Positions 23,300 to 36,627 of a DNA stretch of 64,000 nucleotides are shown in pieces. Within the stretch, counting starts at the first letter, position 1. Every line of letters starts with the position of its first letter. The stretch spans positions 9,176,001-9,240,000 of the forward strand of contig OX597841.1 in NCBI GenBank assembly GCA_951406725.2, given 5' to 3'. Both the position numbers and the translations under genes were made by a program. The DNA comes from Octopus vulgaris. Taxonomy: Eukaryota. The notes under the pieces were generated by a model that was not told the origin of the DNA, ran no database searches, and saw nothing but the letters and a program-made list of their open reading frames with translations.

Positions 23300-23610
23300 A
23301 GTGCATGGTTCAATGGTTAGAGTGTTGGGATCACAATCATGAGGTAGTGGGTTCAATTTCTGGTCTGGGCAGTGTGTTGTGTTCTTGAGCAAGACATTTT
23401 ATTTCCTGTTGCTCCAGTTCACTCAGCTGTAGAAATGAGTTGTGATGTCACTGGTGCCAAGCTGTATCGGCCCCTTTGCCTTTCTCTTGGATAACATCGG
23501 TGGCGTAGAGAGGGTAAGCTGATATGCCTAGGTGACTGCTGGTTTTTCATAAAACAACCTTGCCCAGACTTGTGCCTCAGAAGGTAACTTTTTATCCTAT
23601 GCTGATTCAT
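23300..23610 (+). mobile_element. tRNA-derived SINE, family C (other copies 6820-7075 minus, 22850-23070, 26905-27245, 59850-60050)
   Basis: Copies share tggttagagtgttgg..gggttcaatt..ttgtgttcttgagcaagaca..gctccagttcactcagctg. Confidence 0.7.
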
Positions 23611-24194
23611 GTTTGGTGTTCAGCCTGCAACCCTGGGCAAGTGTCTTCCCCTATAGCCTTGGACCAACCAAAGCCTTGTGGGTGGATTTGTTTGGCAGAA
23701 GCTGGGAGAAGCCCATGCAGCTGCCGTGTGAAGAAGTGCTGAGCTCTAATTGTGGCGGGAACCTGCAGAAGTGGTAGACCTAGGAAGTGGTGAGGAAGGA
23801 TCTTCAGATGCTGGGCCTCACTGAGGAAATGACAAGGGACAAGGTGTTGTGATGATTTGCTTTACTTGAGAAGGTGCATCAAGCTAAGTAAAATCGCAGT
23901 CATCCATACATACAGGCTTGTCCTTTGCAGGTACCAGAGCCAAGTAATATGCACCTGTGCTAGTGGTGCATAAACGCACCTCTGTTGGTGGCACATAAAA
24001 GAAAAAAACATCGAGCGTACTCTGTGAAGTGGTTGGTGTTGGAAAGGGCATCCATGGCACAATCAGAGGTCTGGAGTCTGGACAGCTGACCCCTGCTGGT
24101 CAGTTCCATGTCAAACCATCTAACCCATGCCAGCATGGAAAATGGATGTTAAACACTGATGATGATTGTGTGTTTTTGTGTCTGTTTTGTGTCT

Positions 24195-25966
24195 GATGAA
24201 ATTGCTCAAAATTCCCTTCATTCCAGCGTTGATGGCTCTTTTAAGCTTATGCATCCGATAACCTTCGGCCTGGAATTCCAGATTTAGTTTGTTAACGTCA
24301 TTTAAAATGAAAGAGAGGAATGCTAAATACATATTTGTAAGAGGATTCTTCATTTCAGTGAGAATTCGTCGAGCCGTAATTGGACACCCACCCTCTAATG
24401 TTACTTGTGCGAAATATGCCAGCAGTGTTGGCCACTGCTCTAAAATGCACTGCGCAACTTTCTTGGGAGACAGCCATCTAGTGCAACTTGCATGCAGGAC
24501 TTTGTGAGGATCAATTGAAGCTATTTTCTGCAGATCTTTGAATTCATTGATACTCTTGGGACTGTGACTAAAGTATGCTTGTCAATTCTTCGACAGAATT
24601 CGGTAATTCATTGCACGTGTTTGATGAACACAAGTGTGACAGACACAGGCTCACACGAAAAGATCTGCCCTGTTCTGCTTCAACAAGTGCTGAACGCCTC
24701 CTTTGCTTCCCATCATAACATTTGCATTATCACAGGCAAAACCTATCAAATTTTCCAGAGGAATAGCTTGTTTGTTTCAAAATGATAGAAGACAGCTGTA
24801 TATACCCGTAGCACTGCAATCCTGTATTTCTATAAGTGTAAGAAAATCGTTGACTGTCTTTTGAATTTCAACATCTTAATATCTGGAAACCAGGACAAGT
24901 TGCTTTTAGAGTTGAAACATCAGTTGTTTCATCAATAACAAGTGAGAATTTTGATGAATGAAGTTTTTTTAAATAAAGCGTTGAAGCTGTAGGGGCCAAT
25001 GGCTTTAAGAAAGATTTATGTACCTTTCATTCAGGCACACTTTGCATCCTGGGCAATTTTAGAATCAGGACAGGTGTTTACAACAAGGCCAGGTAAGTGG
25101 TCCAAAATAGAAATTGGGAGAATATGCTCAGCGACAAATGCACAATATTTTAATTCAGCAGCTGCTACTTTCTTGGAATGGGAAGAAATTGATGAGGCCT
25201 CGAAATAATTGGTCGACTTTTTTGCTTCTTTTGCATTCTTGCTTTGTTTTTCTGTCTGCTCGTGTCGTAAAATTTGGCTCAAACTACCTGCAATTTCATG
25301 CTTGCATAATATGCATTTGCCTTTAGCTGTATCGTTCTTGCCTCGCTCCAACCAACTAGAAAATTTTTCATCACACAATAATTTTTGCACAAGTTTCCTT
25401 TCATACGATGGCCATCTAGCCTTCACGTTCATTATCTGAGGAATGCTCTGTTTCCAAAGTTCTATCACTCATCTCTTGCTCCAGTTAATAGATCTGTAAG
25501 ATTTATTTGAATTAATCAAATTATTAAACACACTACATACCGTTTAAAATCCAGGTTCAGACAGATACGGTGGATTTGTATAAATAAGTGCTGTAAAATT
25601 GAGTCTAATTTATCAAATTTTTAAAAAAACAATCACATACCTTCAGCCTGTGAGAAAACTTGTGTTATGACAGCTACGGCGTGGTAAACAACGTATATAC
25701 ATTCACCCAAAATTACAGACACCCTTGACCTCATTAGTCAATGCGTGTGTCCATGCAGACGTGTTTGCGAAAGCGGACCAGACGTACTTTTATTTTTATT
25801 AAGCTCACAAACGCACATGTAAAAAATCAATCGGTCAAAGCCTGAATTCTAAAAACCAATGCCAAGATCACTAAAGCATACAGCAAATTCACCTGAACGA
25901 ACAGCACATCAAAATTTTGGCCAAAACGTACAGTTTTGTACGAACATAGAGTCATTGGCAGCGCTG
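24195..25966 (-). mobile_element. Degenerate hAT DNA transposon
   Basis: N-terminal Zn-finger-like segment FSSWL..GKCILC..LRHEQT and catalytic-region fragment LVIDETTDVS (~24920-24945). The minus strand begins cagcgctgcca at 25966. Confidence 0.7.
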
Positions 25967-26559
25967 TGCATCAACCACAACTAGGATCTCACTTGGCTTG
26001 ACAGGTCTTCTCAAGTATGCTCTGTTGGCAAAGGTCTTGTCACTGCCTCTGTGAAGCCCAAAGTTCGAAAGGTGCTTTTTATGTATCACTGGCACAAGTA
26101 CCAGTTATACGACACCAGCATTGGCCACAACTACAATTCCACTTGGCTTCACAGGTCTTCTCAAGCAGATTTATAAATGACAAGCTTCTTTCATTTTCCA
26201 TTTGCCAAATTCACCCAAGGCTCTTGTTGATCCATCCACCACAGCAGAATTGATACTGGTGCTAGTGCCACATAAAAGGCACCCAGTACACTCTGTGGAG
26301 TGGTTCACCTTAGGAAAGGCATCCAGCCACAGAAATCCTGTGAAAACAGAGCTTGGTGCAGTCCTCTGGCCTTGGGTGCCATTAGCAGAGTCTACTCTGT
26401 TGCAAGCATTCAGATCAGGTTTCTGTTTTGAGGATATCTCCCTCCTTCCCTCCCATCAGCCTCGGAGGCCTTGTAAAGGCTCATGGGAACTGATTTCCTC
26501 TGGACTGAAGGATAAAAACTTTCAAAGTAAACCACTTTATTCTCACATAGTTACTGTTA

Positions 26560-26760
26560 TATATGAGGTGGTATCAAAAGGTTCCTGCACTAGTTACGTT
26601 TAAGAAAAAATAACTGATTTACCTAAGTTTCTAGCATCATCTCCTTCAAAATAGTCACTTTGTGCAACAATACATCAGCCCCAACGTTCCTGTCACTTTT
26701 AGAACCCAGCCTGGAAGTTGTTTTCTGTAAGAAAGTCAAGGACCTGCTGCAATCACTGAG
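26560..26760 (-). mobile_element. Mariner end fragment
   Basis: tatgaggtggtatcaaaagg terminus resembles the terminus at 44995. The adjacent sequence resembles a mariner transposase C-terminus. Confidence 0.5.
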
Positions 26761-28335
26761 CAAGGGATCCTGTTGTGGACTTTCTCCAGGTCAACCAAGT
26801 ACAGTGCCTTACTTTTAGCTAATGCTTCTACAGTAATTGTTTCATAATAAAGAGAGCATCTGTAGTACTTTTCTCTGGTATAAAACTGAACTGTATCACT
26901 CTCTGACTCAGTGGTTAGAGTGTTGAGGCTCACAATCATGAGGTAGTGGGTTCAATTCCTGGGCTGGGCTATCTGTTGTGTTCTTGAGCCAGACTCTTTA
27001 CTTCATCTTGCTGCAGTTCACTCAGCTGTAGAAATGAATTGTGATGTCTCTGGTGCCAAGCTGTGTCGGCCCCTTTGCCTTTCCCTTGGATAGCATCAAT
27101 GGCTTTGAGAGGGGAGGCTGGTATACATGGGCGACTGCTGCTTTTCCATAAAACAACCTTGCCCGGACTTGTGCCTTGGAGGGGAACTTTCTTGGTGCAA
27201 TCCCATGGTCATCCATGACCAATGTGGGTCGTTACCCTTTACCCTTTTCTGTAAATTTCCTGACCCAGTCCAGCAATTTGATGCCTCTATAATTTCCTTT
27301 CCCTAAAGCATCTTATACCTTTGTGACAGTTGACTTTGATGCTGTCATTGGGTATGGCACCTTCCTGTACAACCTGATTTGCTGCATGGCTAACTAAGCT
27401 GTGTCCTACTCTGCTAGATATTTCAAGCATTTCGGTGGTAATTCCTGATGGACCAAGGGCTTTTCCTGGCTTCATATCCTTAATTGCTTCCTCCATCATA
27501 CTGCTGTCATCTTTGGGAAGAATCTCTGCCACTTGTGCATTCTCCACATTTAAAATCTCACAGCAGCACTTCCGTGTTTCACTCTTTCCATTGTCACTAA
27601 ACCATTATCTGTCCATACACCACATCAGCAATCTGGAACAGTTCATACCTCTGCTACTCATGCAGTGGAGCATTGTTGAACCTTTTGCTTTCTGGGTTTT
27701 CCCATTGTAAATAAAATGTCACTTAGCTTCTCTTCCGGTTATCTGATAGAAATCTCTTCTCTCACCAATCTTCCAATCTTTCCATGCCAGTTTCTTTACT
27801 TTTATGACTCAGTCTACTTTTCGGTTCCACCATCGTGTCCCCTTTGATCTGGCTGCAACTTTGGTCTGTAGTCCTGTAAAAATTAAAAGTTGTCCTCTGT
27901 GTTATACAATTACGACTTCTCTCACTCATTGTCCGTTCATTACACCTTTGAGCTTCCATATCTTCCTTTTCCATACTGATTTCTGTCTCTAAATGTTTCT
28001 AGCTCTGAGTCTAATGTCACTATGCTATGCTGAGTTGTACATTCTTCACAGGAAAGTCCTTCACATTACAACCACCAGTCTATCTTATACCTGGTAAGAA
28101 TCTAGTCAATCTGGCATGTGTGCCCACCAGATCAGGTGGTTGGCTGAATTCTTGGAATTAACATTACAGATCATCAAGTCTCTTGCCATCACAAAACTCC
28201 AAGATCCTTGCTCTTTCTTCATTTCTAAGACCAAAGCCACAGCTTCCATGTTCACATAGAATCTATTGGGGTCACTGTCCAGCATGTCTGTTGAAGTCAC
28301 CAGCCATGAAAATAAGATCATTGTCATTAAGGTAA
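26745..28335 (-). mobile_element. Old, fragmented RTE LINE (interrupted by a family C SINE)
   Basis: Translations FMAGDFNRHAG, AIKDMKPGKALGPSGITTEML and VDLEK are homologous to the 30250-33182 element. Confidence 0.8.
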
Positions 28336-28699
28336 CCTGCAAAAGGACTTTGCAAATTTAGTCCCTTTGTTGATCTCCATGTGCAGAGCAATGTTGCTGT
28401 CATCTTTTCCATGACCACTCGAAGCTTAATGGATCTTTTCTGTTTGGCTGCCAATTTCCAAACTCTTTCATTGATTTCATATTTGGTGTAATGACATAGT
28501 TTTATAAGCTACTCAATGCCAATCAATAAATAGTTATTAACTTTGACTAAAATTACCCAAAATTTTCAATCATAAGCCACAGACACATTCATGCCTGTTT
28601 CCATAGTAACAAGCCAAACCCTTTTGTCTGCAAGATATATTTTAAGCGAAATGTACCCATCTACTACTTGTACCTTGGTCGAGAGATATACTAAAAATA

Positions 28700-29065
28700 A
28701 CAGCTAAATCATACACCTAATTTTTTGTGGGGATTTTTGCATAATCTTATGAATTCCTGAGTGTAGAATACAAACTTGCAAAACTTTTCTGAAAATTAAA
28801 AAAACTAGAAAAGTTATGAGGGGTTATGTGTAAAGTAGAAATTGATTTATTTACAGTTTCATATTAAAATATGTTGCGCACAAAATGACAGCTTCCAAAT
28901 CCTGTTTTCTGACTGGATGAAAATAATCAAACTTTAAATCTCTATAACTTTTCTTAAAAACTTTTCTGGAAAAAGGGAAATATTTCCTGAGATTCAGCTT
29001 GGAAAATTACATCTGTACACCAAATTTTTAAAATTTTCAATAAACTTTGAAATTTCCACAGATGC
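28700..29065 (-). mobile_element. Dispersed non-autonomous DNA-element fragment homologous to the 93-bp satellite monomer and its left flank
   Basis: The reverse complement of 28890-28952 aligns with 39000-39062. Element boundaries are approximate. Confidence 0.55.
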
Positions 29066-29926
29066 AGCCAGGCAGAAAAGGTCCAGCTTAATTAACCTGC
29101 AGCACACCTTGAATACCTCAATTACTTTATCTGCCCATTTTCAATCCAAAAGCATTCCAATTACCCACCACACCATCATTATTGCCGATCTAGAAGAAAT
29201 TATATTTTTGGTGATAGGAAGGGCATGAAACCATGCCAAAGCAATTAGTAGATCCAGACACAACCTGTCAAACTGTCCAGCCCACACCAGTTTGGAGAAC
29301 AGGTGTTAATTGGTGATGACAGTGATGTTGATCTTTGCTTGAGAGAAGTCTGGATGAGGCTCCCCTGCATGGTCTGTTCTAGTATTCAACAATTCCTCCA
29401 GACTCACCTTTCATTGTGTCTACAATAGTAGACTGTTCGAAATTTGCTGGTTTGATAGGAAAACCAAGTGGACAGGTGGGGGGTGGGGGACAGCTTTCAG
29501 CATCTGAAAGGTTTGCTTGCAGACAGAGGGTTCTATGATGAAAAGTTTTCTTTTGAAGTTTGTATAATTATTTTCGATATAATAGCTGTACAATGATGCT
29601 GACATGATTTCATACATCTCATATATTTACTCTTAATGCAAATAAATCAAAAGTTTCTTTCCTTAATTCTGGGAATATGTTGGAAGAAATCTATATTCTT
29701 TTACTTGTTTCAGTCATTAGACTGCAGCCATGCTGGAGCACTGCCTTAAAGGGTTTTAGTTGAAGAAATCGACCCCAGGACTTAGTGTCTGTAAACGTAG
29801 TAGTTATTCTATCAGTCTCTTTTGCCTAACTGCTAAGGTATGGGGATATAAACACACCAACATTGGTTGTCACGTAATGGTGGGGACGGGTGCAAACACA
29901 TGTACACATGAATATATACACATAAA

Positions 29927-30053
<127 letters not shown>

Positions 30054-30085
30054 AATATATACTATATATATATATATATATATAT

Positions 30086-30124
<39 letters not shown>

Positions 30125-30196
30125 CATATACATGCATACATATATATCTATGTGTATGTATATATATATACATACATATACATGCATACATATATG

Positions 30197-30238
<42 letters not shown>

Positions 30239-30299
30239 CATACATACATCACAGGCAAGGGACATCACAGGCAAGGGACACAGGTACAAGATTTTCTCA

Positions 30300-33182
30300 C
30301 AGGCAAGGGACACAGGTACAAGATTTTCTGGGTAGGGAACACTGACGGGGTTGGTGGCGTGGGTATAATTATCGCTGAGAAATGGATAGATAGAGTAATT
30401 GAGGTAATCAGAGTAAGTGACAGAATACTTAAGATTAGAATAGTGCTTCATAATAGATTAGCAACCATTATATCGGCCTATGCCCCTCAGCCAGGGCTAC
30501 CCGATGGACAGAAAGACAGTTTCTATGACACCCTACTGCAGACCACCTCATCGACGAACGACAGGGACCTTCTCTTTGTGGCTGGTGATTTCAATGGGCA
30601 TGTTGGACGACATGCTGGGGGCTTCCATGGCGTACATGGAGGCTACGGTTATGGTTCCCGCAACGAGGAGGGAACCAGGCTGCTGGAGTTCTGCGATGCG
30701 AATAGTCTTATGGTCTGCAACACTAACTTCAGGAAACCAACAAGCCACCTGGTCACCTACCGATCGGGCCGGCATACTAGCCAAATCGACTACATCCTTG
30801 CCAGAAAAAGGGAAAGATGGCTGCTTAAAAATGCCAAAACCTTCCCAGGTGAAGAATGCACCCCACAACATAGACTGGTAGTTAGTGACTTTAGGATCAG
30901 GACTAAGAGGGCGACTAGAAGACGACCAACATGGAGAAGAAGGGTCTGGAAGCTTAAAGCCCCTGCGAATGGACAGAGATTTAGAGATATGTTACTTGAA
31001 GCCTTTGACGAAGTGGAAGGGGGTATAGCTACACATGGGGTAGAAGACAACTGGACGTTTCTGAGGGACAACCTGCTGAAAGCCGCTGACCAGATCTGTG
31101 GCTGGTGCAAAGTCCCCTTAAGACCCAAAATAACGTGGTGGTGGAACAATATTGTTGACAGGGCTATTAGACAAAAGAAACAGGCTTGGAAGGCCTGGAA
31201 GAACGGTGGTAGCAGGGAAGGGTATCAGACTGCCAGAAGGGAAGCTAGGAGACAGGTCTATCTAGCCAGAGGGGAAGCAGATAAGAGAAAATTTGCCAAT
31301 GTCCTGCGCCGTGAGGATGAAAGACTTGAGGTATTTCGTGTTGCAAGACAGTGTGTGAGAGAGAATCGTGATGTGGTAGGAGAGAAATGTGTTCGCATGG
31401 AGGATGGTTCACTTGCGCTAAATGAGGATGCAAAGAGAGAAGCTTGGAGACGCCACTATGAAAGGTTACTGAATGAGGAAAATGAATGGGATAAAGAATG
31501 TTGACCCTACAGAGGGACCAGCTATCCGAGTTGATAGTTCCGTGGTAGCTAAGGCAATTAGAAGCATGAAGACAGGAAAGCCCCAGGCCCATCAGGAATT
31601 ACTGCAGAGATGCTCAAAATATCTGGCAGTGTCGGCTATAACCTAGTCACCCGTATAGTCAACCAGGTGATACACGAAGGAGTCATACCCAATGACTGGT
31701 GCAGCAGCATACTAGTCAACTGCTACAAAGGTAAAGGTGATGCCCTAGATACAAATAATTACAGAGGTATCAAGCTGTTGGATCAAGTAATGAAGGTTAC
31801 GGAGAGGGTCATAGCCCAACTAATTAGAGAGAGTTAGTTTAGATGAGATGCAGTTTGGGTTCGTGCCAGGAAAAAGTACCACTGATGCTATATTCCTGGT
31901 AAGGCAGCTGCAGGAGAAATACCTAGCCAAAGATAAGCCCCTGTACCTGGCTTTCGTTGACATGGAGAAAGCTTTTGATAGGGTCCCCCGATCCCTTATC
32001 TGGTGGTCAATGAGGAAACTAGGGATAGATGAATGGCTGGTGAGGACTGTGCAAGCCATGTACAGAGATGCCGTAAGTAAGGTTAGGGTTGGCAACATGT
32101 ACACAGAAGAATTCAAAGTAGAGGTTGGGGTCCACCAGGGTTCAGTACTCAGCCCCCTCCTATTTATCATAGTACTCCAGGCAATTACGGAGGAATTCAA
32201 GACAGGCTGTCCCTGGGAGCTCCTCTACGCTGACGACCTTGCTCTTATTGCTGAGTCACTATCAGAACTGGAGGAGAAGTTCCAGGTGTGGAAGGAGGGT
32301 TTAGAATCAAGGGGCCTTAGAGTCAACCTAGCTAAAACCAAAGTACTAATAAGTAGAAAGGTAGACAATCCACAAATATCTTCAGGAAGATGGCCCTGCT
32401 CGATCTGTAGAAAAGGTGTAGGTAGAAACTCTATAAGATGTACCCAGTGTAAGCTATGGACACATAAGAGGTGCAGCAATGTCAAAGGTAGGCTAACTGG
32501 GAAGATAGTTTTTGTATGTGGCAGATGCTCGGGAGCATTAACCTCCGAAAATCTGCAGAAAACAACTTCCGTCACTTTCCAGGGGGAAAAACTAGAAGTA
32601 GTTGATAGCTTCCGTTATCTAGGTGACCAAGTCAGTAGTGGGGGTGGGTGCGCTGAAAGTGTAACTGCTAGAATAAGAATAGCCTGGGCAAAGTTTAGGG
32701 AGCTCTTACCTCTGCTGGTGACTAAAGGCCTCTCGCTCAGAGTAAAAGGCAGACTGTATGATGCGTGTGTACGAACAGCCATGCTACATGGCAGCGAAAC
32801 ATGGGCTGTGACTGCTGAGGACATGCGTAAGCTCGTGAGGAATGAAGCCAGTATGCTCCGATGGATGTGTAATGTCAGTGTACATACTCGACAGAGCGTT
32901 AGCACCTTGAGAGAAATGTTGTACCTAAGAAGCATCAGTTGTGGTGTGCAAGAGAGACGATTGCGCTGGTATGGTCATGTGGCGAGAATGGATGAAGATA
33001 GGTGTGTGAGAAAGTGCCAATCCCTAGCAGTTGAGGGAACCCGTGGTAGAGGTAGACCCAGGAAAACCTGGGACGAGGTGGTGAAGCACGACCTTCGAAC
33101 TTTAGGCCTCACTGAGGAAATGACCAGAGACCGAGACCTTTGGAAATATTCTGTACGTGAGAAGACCAGGCAGGACAAGTGA
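30300..33182 (+). pseudogene. Frameshifted endonuclease-RT ORF of the RTE LINE
   Basis: Split across track ORFs 30152..31504, 31610..31837 and 31848..33182, with breaks near 31500, 31580 and 31835. Confidence 0.9.
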
Positions 33183-33289
33183 GCCCAGCCCACTTATGAA
33201 TGCCTTTCCTCCTTTGGACACAAAGACCGGTTGAGGCAAGCGAAGTCGATATAGAACCTCATCCGACGACAGACACCCATCCCAACCCC

Positions 33290-33722
33290 CCATGCTTGCG
33301 AAGACATGTTGGGGCAAGCGAAATCGAAATCGAAATCGAAACCGAATTGAACCAGCCAGGATCCCTGGCCTGGTGGTACGTAAAAAGCACTATCCGACTC
33401 GGGGCCGTGGCACGTAAAATACTCCAATGCGACCGTACGACAGGCACCCATGCCAACCCCCTTTGCTTGTGAAGACATGTTGGGGCAAGCGAAATCGAAA
33501 TCGAATTGAACCAGCCAGGATCCCTGGTCTGGTGGTACGTAAAAAGCACTATCCGACTCGTGGCCGTGGCACGTAAAATACTCCAATGCGACCGTACGAC
33601 AGGCACCCTTGCCAACCCCTTTGCTTGTGAAGACATGTTGGGGCAAGCGAAATCGAAATCGAATTGAACCAGCCAGGATCCCTGGTCTGGTGGTACGTAA
33701 AAAGCACTATCCGACTCGTGGC
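33290..33722 (+). repeat. ~2.5 tandem copies of a ~160-170 bp unit in the RTE 3' UTR
   Basis: gaagacatgttggggcaagcgaaatcgaaatcgaa recurs at ~33300, 33471 and 33630. Confidence 0.9.
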
Positions 33723-34007
33723 CGATGCCAGCACCGCCTCGACTGGCTTCCGTGCCGGTGGCACATAAAATACACCAATCTGACCGTGGCCGTTGCCAGC
33801 CCCGCCTGGCACCTGTGCAGGTGGCACGTAAAAAGCACCCACTACACTCACGGAGTGGTTGGCGTTAGGAAGGGCATCCAGCTGTAGAAACATTGCCAAA
33901 TTAGACTGGAGCCTGGTGCAGCTTTCTGGCTTCCCAGAACCCCGGTCGAACCGTCCAACCCATGCTAGCATGGAGAATGGACGTTAAACGACGATGATGA
34001 CGATGAT

Positions 34008-34075
<68 letters not shown>

Positions 34076-34092
34076 CATACATACATACATAT

Positions 34093-34175
<83 letters not shown>

Positions 34176-34177
<2 letters not shown>

Positions 34178-34347
34178 TGTTCAAGAGAGACGACTGCGCT
34201 GGTATGGTCATGTAGTGAGAATGGATGAGGATAGCTGTGTGAAAAAGTGCCATACCCTAGTTGTTGAAGGAACCTGTGGGAGAGGTAGACCCAGGAAAAC
34301 CTGGGACGAGGTGGTGAAGCACGACCTTTGAACTTTAGGCCTCACCG
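34176..34347 (+). mobile_element. RTE LINE fragment
   Basis: Matches 32943-33112. Confidence 0.85.
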
Positions 34348-34686
34348 CATCTATCTGGGCCACGATTGTGGCCTGTGAGCCTGTGCCTGACAGCCACAAT
34401 CATGGCCCATCATGCTTTATGTGTTAACAACGAAAATTACTATTTTGACAAAAAAAATCGTCAAATTTTTTACTTTTAACTTATTTCTTCAAATCTTGAA
34501 AGTGGTTTTCAAAATTTTATTGTTTAAAAACTTTGTTCCTCGTGTGATGTTGGCTTTTTGAATATCCATCCAGGCCCTGACACCAACCTTAACAGGCAAT
34601 CAATGAGTTTTGGCTTCCGAGAAATAAAAGTATTTGTTCAACAAGTTCTGAATAAAATTTTTATTTCTTTAATACTCTTTTACTCT

Positions 34687-35086
34687 TTTACTTGTTTCAG
34701 TCATTTGACTGCGGCCATGCTGGAGCACCGCCTTTAGTCGAGCAAATCGACCCCGGGACTTATTCTTTGTAAGCCCAGTACTTATTCTATCGGTCTCTTT
34801 TGCCGAATCACTAAGTGACGGGGACGTAAACACACCAGCATCGGTTGTCAAGCAATGCTAGGGGGACAAACACAGACACACAAACATATACACACACACA
34901 TACACATATATATACATATATACGACAGGCTTCTTTCAGTTTCCGTCTACCAAATCCACTCACAAGGCATTGGTCGGCCCGGGGCTATAGCAGAAGACAC
35001 TTGCCCAAGATGCCACACAGTGGGACTGAACCTGGAACCATGTGGTTGGTTAGCAAGCTACTTACCACACAGCCACTCCTGCACCT
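34687..35086 (-). mobile_element. tRNA-derived SINE, family A
   Basis: Full-length copy homologous to 61091-61510. Confidence 0.88.
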
Positions 35087-35405
35087 GTTTATTTTTTGCA
35101 GTGGAACAGTGAACACGGTTGCACCCTCACACATTGTCTTTCATGTGTATCCATCCGTGTGCGAGTGAGTGTGTTGGGGGTAAATTTTGATCCTTTCACC
35201 CACACCATTTTCTGTGTGGAATCAAGGAATCATTGGATTCTTTTTGTTTTTCATTGAATGAATTCTGGTGACCACCTAATATGCTACAAAACCCTTTTTT
35301 GGGTCCGGAAAACGGGATGGGGTGAGGTAGAACCCTTGGAAATTTCACCCCGTTGATCCTTTCACCCACACGATTTTCTCTAAGGAAAAGAAAACTTGGA
35401 CTTTG

Positions 35406-35810
35406 AGATCTTTTCGGTTCGAACGGCAGTTTTTTACAATAATTTCTAGGTAACTAAACACTTTTAATCTTCGTATACTGGTAGAGTGTGTTTATAAAAC
35501 ATCATTTTCTCTTGGCTTTATTGAGAAAATTCTATGGTTTGTAAGATATTTGTTGCTTTTTTTTCTTCAATTTTTGCAATTTCAACCAATCAATGACGTC
35601 TATTGAGGTGAAAACATTCTGTGCCGTATGAAAATGTCCCTTGTTTAAAAAACATATTGGGTTTATTTACATTTCTGAAGAAAAAAAGATACCTTTCCCC
35701 CACCCCTAACCTTAACCCTAAAATAGATTGAAATGCAATAGATCGATACTAGGGTGACAATTTCATATGACACCGCTAGAAAAAAACTGCCGTTCAAACC
35801 GAAAAGATCC
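35406..35810. mobile_element. MITE with ~28-bp TIRs and 8-bp TSD
   Basis: TIRs gatcttttcggttcgaacggcagtttttt and aaaaaactgccgttcaaaccgaaaagatc. TSD ggactttg at 35398-35405 and 35811-35818. Confidence 0.85.
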
Positions 35811-36627
35811 GGACTTTGTGTAAAAAAATTTTATTTATTTTGTGTTTTATTTACTTTGCTAGATAGTCATTGTAGGATCGACTAGTCACGACTAGCTAGC
35901 GCGGATGCGCGAGTGCGCGCACCGGGACCACTCTTCTTAAGTAGTACCGCATTCTGTTGCAGCTGTATGACGTGGTGACGATTCACTGCCGAACTGAAAA
36001 ATCAGCCTCTGTATAATGAATGGTTATGTATACCACTCCTAATGAAAGCCAGCGCTTCTTTCGACCATAAAAAGTATTAAAATGTTGTTTAGATATACTT
36101 TTATTTCAGTTGTTTACACTGTTTTACGCTTGTTTATACTCTTATACATTCAAAGTTCACAAATTTCCTTATTTAAATTAGGAATCCTATTCCTTTGCAC
36201 AATATCAATAGGATAACAAAGCTTCTTTGTAGACGATATTTTCTGTTTGGTGGACACTAATTTTCAGATTACTGGAGTCCGTTGCTTTACTCGTAGCGAC
36301 GTATGACTTGGCCGTGTGTAAATATAAGGAGTGGGTAAAAATACACCTAGGCCATCTAAAGTCTGGCTCTATGCCTTGTTTGCTGTGAATGCGCGAGCGG
36401 AATGGTTAGGAATCTGCCCATCTACGATGAGAAATCAAGGAATAGTGTTGCTAATCAAAACCCTTTAAATTCACGAACTATTTAGGGGTGAAATCCAGAG
36501 TTAATAGTCGTTGCTGGAATTTTAACCAAAATAAAAAAAAAATCAAAGGCAATTTATTAGTACAAAACTCAATATTGGTAACTGTTAAAACACCGATTAG
36601 ATGAGATATCACAATCATTCCTTAATT

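Larger units (their letters stand above)
30250..34008 (+). mobile_element. RTE-clade LINE, 5'-truncated, with long 3' UTR and (GAT/GAC)n tail
   Basis: APE motifs ([27 protein letters not shown]) and RT motifs (QFGF, FVDMEKAFD, GVHQGSVLSP, YADD, FRYLG), plus the RTE C-terminus [16 protein letters not shown]. Both flanks are (TA)n. Confidence 0.93.
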
